Source: an uncultured bacterium (GTDB taxonomy: Bacteria > Auribacterota > JACPWU01). From it: a DNA stretch of 32,000 nucleotides. Numbering within the stretch: the stretch's first letter is position 1; every line of letters begins with the position of its first letter. The position numbers were made by a program, and so were the translations under genes. The notes under the pieces are model-generated. The model saw only the letters and a list, made by a program, of their open reading frames with translations, did not search any database and was not told the DNA's origin. Below, one piece after another: positions 16,877-25,359 of this stretch. The stretch spans positions 7,961 through 39,960 of the forward strand of contig CAZXEQ010000009.1 in NCBI GenBank assembly GCA_964640155.1. The letters are read 5' to 3'.

Positions 16877-18910
16877 CTAAGATGTTTTAATATTTATATT
16901 TGATTTTGTTTTTCTCCATCCTTCTTTCCATTTTCTAGGATCCAAACCTAAATCTCGACCCGTCAAACCCATTAAAGCCAAATGAGCATTTTCTCGCACA
17001 GAAGAATCAGGATCTTTTAAAACATCGATCAAAGATGGAACCGCCTTTTCATTTTGAAAAATCCCCAAAAGCAGTACGCAGGTGTATCTTACTTCTGAGT
17101 CAGGATGCTTCAAAAGTTTAAGTATCACATCAAAAGTGGCCTGATCTTTTTCAGTATTAATTTGTCCTAAATATTGCACTATTTTTTTTGCATCACTTTT
17201 AGGATTTTGTAATGTTGCTAAAAGTAGTGGGAGTCGTGCTAACTCACCAAAATTTTCCAAAGCATCTTTAGCGCTCTGCTGAACTTCTAACACAGGATCG
17301 TTCAAGAGTTCTATAAGGCTTGAAATACTGATTGGATCACGAACGGACCCCAAAGAAACGGCTGCATGGCTTCTCACCTTAGGAAATGGATCTTTTAAAG
17401 CTTCTACCAAAGCGCTCACACTGCCTTCTGCTCTTAAAAGACCTAAAGATAAAGCTGCATTCGCACGAACCTCTGCATCTTCATCTTTTAAATGCATCAT
17501 CACTTGAGGAGCAACAGAGGGATCCTGTAAAAGCCCTAAAGCTAACACCACATGTTTTCTGACTTCACTATCTTCATCTTGAATATGCGAAATCAATATT
17601 TCTTTAGCCCGTGTATCCTTTAAAATTCCAAGAAGAATTGCTGCGTGACGTCGGACCAAAGGATGAGCATCATTTAAAGCTTTTAAAGTTAATTCAAAAC
17701 TCTTTTTTTCAAGTTTTCCTTTTAATTCCCGATCACGCAATTTTTGATTTAACGTAATCACCGCTTGAGCCCTGATCAGCGGATCTTTACTCTGCAAAAC
17801 CCGAAAAATAGGATCTTCGGATAATCTCTCCAATAAAATTTCTCTTTCTTGTTGGACTCCTGTTAATTTGACCTGAGCTTCATGCAAAATCTTTTTATAT
17901 TCCTTTTGAGCACGTTGATGCTGAGCGACCAAATAAAGAGTCCAAACAAGACCCATTACAAGCATAATCGCTAAAGCCCAGAGCACCGCCTGATAACGAC
18001 ATAACTTTCGATACAACCTGATCGTCAAGGGCGTGGGGCGTGCCCAAATGGGATCCCCCATTTGAAAACATTTTAAATCTTCTACTAATTTTTGAGCAGA
18101 GGGATATCGATTTTTGGGATTTTTTTCAATGGCCTTGAGAATGATCACTTCTAAATCCTTTGGAATCTTAGAATTAATCAAATGAGGGGCTCGAGGTTCT
18201 TCTTCCAAAACCTTTTTCAATAAAGCCAAATGATTTGCAGCCTGAAAAGGAAGCTCTTTTGTAAACATTTCATACATTAAAATCCCCAGAGAATAAACAT
18301 CAACCAAATTGGTTGATGGCTCGTCGGGGTCCGATCTAGCCTGTTCCGGCGACATATACGCTGGGGTTCCCATGATTGTTCCATCAAGAGTCATAAGCGT
18401 TGCATTTTCTATTTTGGCCAAACCAAAATCCATGATCACAGGGCGACCTGTGGGATCCAGCATGATATTTGAAGCCTTAATATCACGATGAATGGTTCCA
18501 TGTTCATGAGCAAAAGCAAGCGCTTCCGCTAATTTCTCAGAAATTTCAACTGCTTTTGAAAAAGGTAATCCTCCGGCTGAAAAAACTTGTTCCAAAGTTT
18601 GTCCTTCAATATATTCCATGGCAATAAAAGGACCTGTCTGAGTTTCTCCATAGTCATAGACAAGAGCAATATTGGGATGATTCATTCGAGCCGCCGCAGC
18701 AGCTTCATTGCGGAATCTTTTGACAAAGGTATGATCTTGCGCCAAATGCGAGGGAAGCACTTTTAGAGCAACTTTACGTTCCAAGCGAGGATGGTAGGCT
18801 TCGTAAACAAGCCCCATTGCACCCTGGCCAATTTGACGAATGATTTTATAATTTTCGATTTGTTCAATAGAAGGATTTTTATTTTCTTCAGGAGGAGAAG
18901 AATCTGTCAT
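16877..18910 (-). CDS. Ser/Thr protein kinase with a TM segment and C-terminal HEAT (PBS-lyase-type) repeats
   Basis: It has the GQGAMGLVY P-loop, VALKVL, HRDIKASNIML, DFGLAK and GTPAYMSPEQ. A hydrophobic segment (AVLWALAIMLVMGLVWTLYLV) follows. There are at least 8 repeats of the D..VR..AA.ALG type. Confidence 0.9.
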   Translation of the reverse strand: MTDSSPPEENKNPSIEQIENYKIIRQIGQGAMGLVYEAYHPRLERKVALKVLPSHLAQDHTFVKRFRNEAAAAARMNHPNIALVYDYGETQTGPFIAMEYIEGQTLEQVFSAGGLPFSKAVEISEKLAEALAFAHEHGTIHRDIKASNIMLDPTGRPVIMDFGLAKIENATLMTLDGTIMGTPAYMSPEQARSDPDEPSTNLVDVYSLGILMYEMFTKELPFQAANHLALLKKVLEEEPRAPHLINSKIPKDLEVIILKAIEKNPKNRYPSAQKLVEDLKCFQMGDPIWARPTPLTIRLYRKLCRYQAVLWALAIMLVMGLVWTLYLVAQHQRAQKEYKKILHEAQVKLTGVQQEREILLERLSEDPIFRVLQSKDPLIRAQAVITLNQKLRDRELKGKLEKKSFELTLKALNDAHPLVRRHAAILLGILKDTRAKEILISHIQDEDSEVRKHVVLALGLLQDPSVAPQVMMHLKDEDAEVRANAALSLGLLRAEGSVSALVEALKDPFPKVRSHAAVSLGSVRDPISISSLIELLNDPVLEVQQSAKDALENFGELARLPLLLATLQNPKSDAKKIVQYLGQINTEKDQATFDVILKLLKHPDSEVRYTCVLLLGIFQNEKAVPSLIDVLKDPDSSVRENAHLALMGLTGRDLGLDPRKWKEGWRKTKSNINIKTS

Positions 18911-18973
18911 TTCTTCATTCTTTCCAATGTCATTCGTTTTAACTCCAACTTCATCATAACGATGAACTGAATT

Positions 18974-20662
18974 CTATTCTACTTTTATCAATCCCAAAGT
19001 AATGTCATCTGCTTGGGCTTCATTCTGGGCGTGTTCAGTAATTCTATCAAGAATTTTTTCCATAATGATATGTGTTTTTTGATTCCCGATCTGAGTAATG
19101 ATTTCTTTCAAGGCTTCAAGGAATTTTTCTTTTCCATAAGATTGCTGTTTGGAATCTTGGGCTTCCTCCACACCATCTGTATATAAAATAACTTGATCCC
19201 CTTTTTTTAGGGACAAAGTATATTCTTCCGGCATTTCATCATCCGTCCATTTTGAAAAACCCAAAGCAATGCCCTTTGGAGAAAACTCATGCAATTGAAC
19301 GTCTGGACCTCGATATACAATCAAAGGTAAATGTCCTGCCCTAGAAAAAGTAAGGGTATTCTGTTTTACATCGAGAAAAGCCAAAATAGCGCTGATAAAC
19401 ATATCTTGTTTCATATCTGGAACCAAAAGATTGTTCACTTCTTTTAAGAGGCCTGCCGTACTCGTCGCACCCAAGGCTCTGGACTTCAATGTCGAACGAA
19501 ACATCGCCATCACCAAAGCACCTGGAACCCCCTTACCACTTACATCTGCAATCACCAAAGCTAATTTTTCAGGGCTTACCCAAAACCAATCATAATAATC
19601 TCCGCCTACTTCTTGGGCTGGCAAACTTCTAAAAGAGAAATCAAAACCTTCTATTTTTGGAAAAGTACGGGGTAATAAAATCTGCTGAATTTCACGAGCG
19701 ATCTGTAATTCATGTTTGATGCGCTCCTGATCACGAATCTCGCGGTAAAGCCTAGCATTTTCTAATGCAATCGCCGCTTGACTTGCAATCGCTGTTAAAA
19801 GCTTTAGATCGTCTTCTTCAAAATGACTGATTTTAATCAAACTATCACAATAAATAAGTCCTAAAATCTGATTTTTAATAGCAATGGGGACACACATGGC
19901 AGATTTAATCCCATACGCATAAAAACTCTCTGCATTCTTAAAACGATCATCCAAACCTGTATGGGCACAAATCACACCCACGTGTTCTTTCAAAACCGTT
20001 TCAACAATGCTACGACTGATTGCAATGGGAGAATATCCTTTTTTTTGCTCTGAACGTTTTACAATTCGAGGGACTAATTCTTGTGTTTTTTCATCTCGGA
20101 ATAAAATCACGTAGCGATCCGCATGAATCACCTCCATCACCATATCTACAATTTTTACAATTAAATTTTCTTCATTTAAAATCGAATTAAAAACATTTCC
20201 TGATTTATAAAGGATAGAAAGATTTTTTGCCGTTTTCTTAAATTGATCCAATTTCAAACTGCGTCCGTCTATATCTAAAAATGTAGAATGCTTACAATCT
20301 AAAGAGCTCGTGACACGTGTTTGAGGAGCTTCTTCTAACACAATGGAAACTTCTTCTTTAGATAAGGATTCTAAAGAGGAATTTTCCGATACTATTTTCA
20401 AACGTGTGTCTCCTACAACAATTTCATCCCCCTCTTTAATCACACACTGCGTTACCAGCTTCCCATTGACATAGGTACCATTTGAACTATCCAGATCTTG
20501 AAGAAAATATTGATCTTTTTGTTTTTGAATACGCACATGAACCCGAGAAACTCTGGGGTCTTGTAAAGGCAATTGATTGGTAGGATCTCTGCCAATTGAA
20601 AGAGTTTCTCCCAGAGGAAAAACATAATCCTTCTTAAAACCTTGCATGACTAAAACATTCAT
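18974..20662 (-). CDS. FHA-GAF-PP2C (SpoIIE-type) protein phosphatase
   Basis: It has an N-terminal FHA domain (GRDPTNQL..VSRVHVRI..LQDLDSSNGTYVNG), a central GAF-like region, and C-terminal GGDYYDW / ADVSGKGVPGAL / DGVEEA PP2C motifs. The start could instead be the ATG at 20647. Confidence 0.9.
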   Translation of the reverse strand: MNVLVMQGFKKDYVFPLGETLSIGRDPTNQLPLQDPRVSRVHVRIQKQKDQYFLQDLDSSNGTYVNGKLVTQCVIKEGDEIVVGDTRLKIVSENSSLESLSKEEVSIVLEEAPQTRVTSSLDCKHSTFLDIDGRSLKLDQFKKTAKNLSILYKSGNVFNSILNEENLIVKIVDMVMEVIHADRYVILFRDEKTQELVPRIVKRSEQKKGYSPIAISRSIVETVLKEHVGVICAHTGLDDRFKNAESFYAYGIKSAMCVPIAIKNQILGLIYCDSLIKISHFEEDDLKLLTAIASQAAIALENARLYREIRDQERIKHELQIAREIQQILLPRTFPKIEGFDFSFRSLPAQEVGGDYYDWFWVSPEKLALVIADVSGKGVPGALVMAMFRSTLKSRALGATSTAGLLKEVNNLLVPDMKQDMFISAILAFLDVKQNTLTFSRAGHLPLIVYRGPDVQLHEFSPKGIALGFSKWTDDEMPEEYTLSLKKGDQVILYTDGVEEAQDSKQQSYGKEKFLEALKEIITQIGNQKTHIIMEKILDRITEHAQNEAQADDITLGLIKVE

Positions 20663-20666
20663 AGGG

Positions 20667-20696
20667 GAAACTTTCGATATAAAGTTTCTACGAAAC
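20667..20696. promoter_or_regulatory. GAAAC/GTTTC half-site cluster (operator-like palindromes) just upstream of the phosphatase gene
   Basis: GAAACTTT-cgatat-AAAGTTTC (20667-20688) is a perfect 8-bp inverted repeat. It overlaps GTTTC-tac-GAAAC (20684-20696). Confidence 0.35.
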
Positions 20697-20775
20697 CATT
20701 ATAGCGTTTTTAATTCTACTTTACTATCAAAATGGGGATTGTGGATCCTGTTAAGAGTGTGTTTTTTATATATGT

Positions 20776-20849
20776 GGGTGACACTCGACGGGGAGCCCCG
20801 CCGCGCGCAACTTTTAGTGAGCACGGTCGGGCTGACGAGTGGCAGGACC
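20776..20849 (+). repeat. GC-rich structured element, copy C (74-nt core, plus orientation)
   Basis: GGGTGACACTCGACGGGGAGCCCCGCCGCGCGCAACTTTTAGTGAGCACGGTCGGGCTGACGAGTGGCAGGACC. It is flanked by perfect inverted AAGAGTGTGTTTTTT (20753-20767) and AAAAAAACACACTCTT (20861-20876). Confidence 0.85.
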
Positions 20850-21028
20850 TACTACTTTTCAAAAAAACACACTCTTATCTCCAGCACATCAACAATAAAA
20901 AATAAAAATCAGATATGTTTTTAGATTTCAAATCACTGTTTTTAATAGTCAATTTCAAAACATTATCTTACAATTTCTCTAACATCGTGTTACGCACTTC
21001 TCACAACGCATCACACAGAGCGAATTTT

Positions 21029-22993
21029 ATGATCGCATTTCACAACGAAATTCTTAAGAACTACGAACGTGCTTCTCGACGTGAGTGGCTTGTCACCAAC
21101 GGTCTGGGCGGTTATGCTTCCTCTACTCTTTGTGGAGGAAACACACGTCGCTATCATGGGTTACTGGTCTCAAGCATGCATCCCCCACTTGGACGCACGG
21201 TTATCCTTTCTAAAGTTGATGAAACACTTCATATCGATGGGCAATCTTACGATTTAGGATGCAATCGTTTTCCTGGAACAGTTCATCCTAAAGGAAATCA
21301 ATATTTAGATCTTTTTTCTTTTGAGTTTTATCCAAAATTTATTTATTCGGCAGGAGGCGTTAAACTAGAAAAAAATGTTTATATGATTTTTGAAAAAAAT
21401 GCGACCATCATTTTTTATCGGCTCTTGGAAAGCCCCAAGCCCGTTAAACTAAGTCTCATAAGTTTTATTGCATGTCGGAGATTTCATGAACTCACACGCG
21501 AAAATACATTTTTTAATGAAGATATTGAAATCAGTGATGGGCTTTTACGCTTAAAACCTTATAAAAACGCACCCATGATTCACCTTTTTTTCAGCCCTGC
21601 ACAATACGGTGAAAACCCCATGTGGTATCTCAATTTTGAATATACTGAAGAAAAGCGACGTGGGTTAGATTATCGCGAAGATCTTTTTACTCCCGGTGAT
21701 TTAACCTTTGATCTTGTCCCGGGAGGGACTTGCTTTCTGATTGCTTCTACGGATGAGCTCTCCTCTTCCGATCTTCTGCAAGCCGAATTTAAAGAAACAG
21801 AACGCAAAAAACTGGTCCTCAAAAATTGTAAAAAAGAAGATAAACTTTCATTGTCCTTATTTTTAGCAGCAGATCATTTTCTTGTTCAACGAGGAGAAAA
21901 AGGATCTGCATCTATTATTGCAGGTTATCATTGGTTCAGTGATTGGGGCCGAGATACAATGATTAGTCTTCCAGGCCTAACACTCGCCACAGGCCGATAT
22001 AATTTAGCTAAAAGCGTTTTAACCACTTTTTCGAAATATGCTTCTGAAGGCATGCTTCCCAATCGTTTCCCAGATGAAGGTGAACAGCCTGATTACAATA
22101 CAGTCGACGCCACACTTTGGTTTTTTAATGCTGTTTATCAATATTTCCTTTACACCAATGATGACACTTTTATTCGAAACACACTTTTCCCCGTCCTCAA
22201 AGAAATGATCGAATGGCATGAACGAGGCACGCGTTATAACATTCATGTGGATGGGGATGGTCTTCTTTATGCAGGAGAAGAGGGAACACAATTGACATGG
22301 ATGGATGCTAAAATTGGCAACGAAGTTATTACTCCCCGTATAGGGAAACCTGTTGAAGTTAATGCCTTATGGTATAACGCTTTAAAAATTATGGAATTTT
22401 TTGCAGAACGTTTTCGTCAATTTCCAACACGTGATCGTTACGGCGCCATGGCCGAAGCAGCTTCTAAAAGTTTTAATGAAATATTCTGGAACAAAGAAAT
22501 GGGTTGCCTCTATGATTGCATCAATGGAGAAAATTTAGATGCATCGATTCGTCCAAATCAAATTTTTGCCTTGAGTCTGCCCTTCCCTGTTTTAAAATCA
22601 GACCGCTTTCGTTCTGTCATGAAAATCATCGAAAAAGAATTACTCACTCCTTATGGCCTTCGTAGCCTTTCACCTCTAGATCCAAAATATATTGGCAAAT
22701 ATGCGGGAAATGCTTTAGAAAGAGATCGTGCTTATCATCAGGGAACCGTTTGGCCTTGGTTATTAGGTCCTTTCACAACCGCTTATTTTAAAACCTATGG
22801 ACGAACTCCTAAAACGATTGAAAAAGCCAAATCTTTTGTCGAAGCTTTTAGAGATCACATTTATGAAGCAGGATTAGGAACCATCTCTGAATTGTTTGAT
22901 GGAGATCCTCCCCATGAACCCAATGGTACTATTTCACATGCTTGGAATGTGGCAGAGATTTTAAGAATTGTGGTTGAGGAATTGGATAAGTAA
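21029..22993 (+). CDS. Glycogen debranching enzyme (amylo-alpha-1,6-glucosidase, GDE_N plus GDE_C type)
   Basis: It has REWLVTNGLGGYASST..GGNTRRYHGLL at the N-terminus and HWFSDWGRDTMISLPGL and YHQGTVWPWLLG in the (alpha/alpha)6 domain. The ATG at 21029 is preferred. The 38 codons upstream look non-coding. Confidence 0.85.
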   Translation: MIAFHNEILKNYERASRREWLVTNGLGGYASSTLCGGNTRRYHGLLVSSMHPPLGRTVILSKVDETLHIDGQSYDLGCNRFPGTVHPKGNQYLDLFSFEFYPKFIYSAGGVKLEKNVYMIFEKNATIIFYRLLESPKPVKLSLISFIACRRFHELTRENTFFNEDIEISDGLLRLKPYKNAPMIHLFFSPAQYGENPMWYLNFEYTEEKRRGLDYREDLFTPGDLTFDLVPGGTCFLIASTDELSSSDLLQAEFKETERKKLVLKNCKKEDKLSLSLFLAADHFLVQRGEKGSASIIAGYHWFSDWGRDTMISLPGLTLATGRYNLAKSVLTTFSKYASEGMLPNRFPDEGEQPDYNTVDATLWFFNAVYQYFLYTNDDTFIRNTLFPVLKEMIEWHERGTRYNIHVDGDGLLYAGEEGTQLTWMDAKIGNEVITPRIGKPVEVNALWYNALKIMEFFAERFRQFPTRDRYGAMAEAASKSFNEIFWNKEMGCLYDCINGENLDASIRPNQIFALSLPFPVLKSDRFRSVMKIIEKELLTPYGLRSLSPLDPKYIGKYAGNALERDRAYHQGTVWPWLLGPFTTAYFKTYGRTPKTIEKAKSFVEAFRDHIYEAGLGTISELFDGDPPHEPNGTISHAWNVAEILRIVVEELDK

Positions 22994-23022
22994 TAATCTA
23001 GCTCAAGTTTTATCATTCATAA

Positions 23023-24216
23023 TTACTCCACATCAAAATCTACTTGGTTCGATCTAATAACTCCGTGATACTCACCAGCTTTCTTTACAACCCCGTCGGT
23101 ATCTCCATAGATAAACTGAAGCTTATAATGCCCTTTAGAGACGTTGATTTGATCCTTCAGATCCAAATGAGTCTCATAATTGTCATTACGTCCCATGCCA
23201 ACCATGCTCATGCCGCTATAAAATTTCTTTTGAAAACATTCTTTGCCTGAAGGACGGAATAACAAAAAGCTCACTGTATTTTGATTAAGATTTAAACTTA
23301 AACTTGATGCTTCACCAGTTAAAAACTCCAAAGTCACAGGAAAAGACTCGCCTGGTTTGTAAACTTTCTTTTGCAAAGTAATATTGAATACAACTTTAAC
23401 ATCTTTAGGAACACGATTAGAGTCGGATACCTGCTTAGATTGTATATTTTCAATACTTACTTTCGCTTTTTCATCCGCACCTAGTTTCGTGAGCAACTCA
23501 ACCCAATCCTTCTTTCCTTTCTCGATGCAATAACTCAAGGGTGTATAAACACCATCCGAAACGTTTAAATTTGCCTTGGCTGCTGCGAGAATTTTTACCA
23601 TTTCTTTACTCGCTTCACATGCCTCAATAGCCTGTTTTTGTTGATAAAGATAAATCCCTTCCTGATTTGATCTTTCAGAAAAATAAACTCCATTTTGCAC
23701 TAGAGTTAAAATAGGGGGCGTCCCGTTTTTAGGCACAATATTTGGGTCAGAACCTGCGTCAAGGAGCATCTTGAGCAACTTAATGTCATTGCTATCATAA
23801 GGAAGTAATCTATCTTTAGTAACCACTCTAATAATCGGTGTATCAATATTTACATTTGCTTTCGCCTTAATCAAAGACTCGACTGTTTTGACTTTTCTCC
23901 AACCTACGGCCCACGACAATGCAGCTCCTTTGTTTACATTCACATCTGCTCCTGCCTTAATCAATAAGTCGACAATCTCAGCTCCCTCATCTGTATCCTG
24001 CACATGATCTTGCACAGCTGTCTCTAGCATAGAACCAGTCATACGTCTGTAATTAGGATCTGCACCTTTTTCCAGAAGAGACCTCACCTGCTGAACATCC
24101 GTATCCTCAATGGCTTTCTTAAGATATTCGTTCAATTTTTCATTTGCAAAAATGAAACTGGCATGTGCGATAAGAAGAACCGCTACGGTAAAAACATTGA
24201 TTGTTTTATTTTTCAT
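23023..24216 (-). CDS. Secreted ankyrin-repeat protein with a C-terminal beta-rich domain of unknown function
   Basis: It has a signal-like MKNKTINVFTVAVLLIAHASFIFA after a strong AGGAGG SD. There are several LL..GADPN / AGADVN / AKANVN ankyrin signatures. The last ~120 aa were not recognised. Confidence 0.8.
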   Translation of the reverse strand: MKNKTINVFTVAVLLIAHASFIFANEKLNEYLKKAIEDTDVQQVRSLLEKGADPNYRRMTGSMLETAVQDHVQDTDEGAEIVDLLIKAGADVNVNKGAALSWAVGWRKVKTVESLIKAKANVNIDTPIIRVVTKDRLLPYDSNDIKLLKMLLDAGSDPNIVPKNGTPPILTLVQNGVYFSERSNQEGIYLYQQKQAIEACEASKEMVKILAAAKANLNVSDGVYTPLSYCIEKGKKDWVELLTKLGADEKAKVSIENIQSKQVSDSNRVPKDVKVVFNITLQKKVYKPGESFPVTLEFLTGEASSLSLNLNQNTVSFLLFRPSGKECFQKKFYSGMSMVGMGRNDNYETHLDLKDQINVSKGHYKLQFIYGDTDGVVKKAGEYHGVIRSNQVDFDVE

Positions 24217-24277
24217 TCGTTTTATCCTCCTCTGACCCACATCAGATATATTTGTCATAACCACTCAAACATTATTC

Positions 24278-24757
24278 TTATCCTATTATTTTCTTAAGAA
24301 CTGGAAAAGAAATACAGATCAAAAGAATAGCCCAAGTTAAACGAACTGAAATTGGCACAAAAAGTAAAGCAATAGCGGCACAAGTAAAAATACCTGTAGT
24401 TAGCATCAAAGGAAGGGAATAAAAACTTTCTTCTCGAACTATAAATTGTTGATAGTTTTGAATAAGCTTAATGACTGAAAATCCCAGAATACTCATCGCG
24501 GCTATTACGCCTATACTAATAGCAATCGGTGGAAGTTTTGTATCAGTAGGAAAGATAATAAAAAAGCTTAGAAGAGCGATAAATCCAACCCCTAGACCTG
24601 TAAAAAGCATACGCTCTATCCAGATAAGAATATAGCGAGCGAGTTTCGGATAACCTAAGAGCAATAAAACAGGAGAAGTTAAGAAAGAAAAAACAAGACA
24701 AATCACGATTAATACTTGAAAATTTCGAAAGAACCAATTCATGAGAGATGTCATCAT
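24278..24757 (-). CDS. Small multi-pass membrane protein, paralog 2
   Basis: 159 aa with 4-5 hydrophobic segments. It shares KLARY and FSV..L....QQ..VREE blocks with the upstream gene. It has an AAAGGTG SD. Confidence 0.6.
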   Translation of the reverse strand: MMTSLMNWFFRNFQVLIVICLVFSFLTSPVLLLLGYPKLARYILIWIERMLFTGLGVGFIALLSFFIIFPTDTKLPPIAISIGVIAAMSILGFSVIKLIQNYQQFIVREESFYSLPLMLTTGIFTCAAIALLFVPISVRLTWAILLICISFPVLKKIIG

Positions 24758-24773
24758 TAAACACCTTTTTTAG

Positions 24774-25289
24774 TTAGTCGCCTCTACTTTTATTCTTTTC
24801 AGATACATAAACGACTATAAGCATGATAGGAACACCCAAACAGAGAAAAATAATTGTCCATTCCGCACGCATGTTTGAAATAAACATCAGATAAACTGAA
24901 ATACAGATAAGAACCATCATCACAAACATTAAGAGCCATGAAGGGGAATGTTCTTCACGAACGAGAAGCTGCTGACGTTTTACACCCAAACGGAAAACTG
25001 AAAAAGCCAAAATGCCTACCATGGTAATTAAGAATGCACAAGGAACTGAGAAAAAGAAAACAAGCCCTCCCTGCTGTTCCATCTGAGAATACATTAATAT
25101 AAATATCAGAGGAATAGAGATCAAAGCCGCAACTATCCCACCCAGTACCGCACGTAATACCCAGGTAAAAACATATCGAGCAAGTTTTTTATATCTTAAG
25201 AGAGAAAGAATCAAAAAACTTGAGCAGGCTAGGACGAAAAAAGAAAGAACAAATCTATCGATGTTTTGTAAGAGCCACACAATATTCAC
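24774..25289 (-). CDS. Small multi-pass membrane protein, paralog 1
   Basis: 171 aa with a GTG start and the same architecture and conserved blocks as 24278..24757. Confidence 0.55.
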   Translation of the reverse strand: MNIVWLLQNIDRFVLSFFVLACSSFLILSLLRYKKLARYVFTWVLRAVLGGIVAALISIPLIFILMYSQMEQQGGLVFFFSVPCAFLITMVGILAFSVFRLGVKRQQLLVREEHSPSWLLMFVMMVLICISVYLMFISNMRAEWTIIFLCLGVPIMLIVVYVSEKNKSRGD

Positions 25290-25359
25290 GCTTTTTATTT
25301 TAACACAAAATCAGCAGAAAATTTTTGATTTTTGAATTTTATAAGGTATTATCTTTTTC

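Noticed and set aside
15575-20849. Resemblance of the element 5' ends (GGGGUGAC..UCGACGGGG) to the tmRNA 5' acceptor/UCGAC region
   Set aside because: There is no T-arm (GGUUCGAAUCC-like), no CCA-proximal acceptor 3' strand, and no plausible resume codon or tag reading frame. There are three copies in one locus. This is not tmRNA.
20831-20849. CUGACGAG in copy C looks like the hammerhead ribozyme CUGANGA box
   Set aside because: No GAAA box or suitably placed stems II/III follow. The motif is not conserved in copy B (CUGACCCC).
20646-21028. ORF 20646..20924 (+, 92 aa) and the 38-codon N-terminal extension of the debranching enzyme (20915..21028)
   Set aside because: Both run through element C or AT-rich promoter DNA. 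The debranching-enzyme homology begins right after the ATG at 21029.
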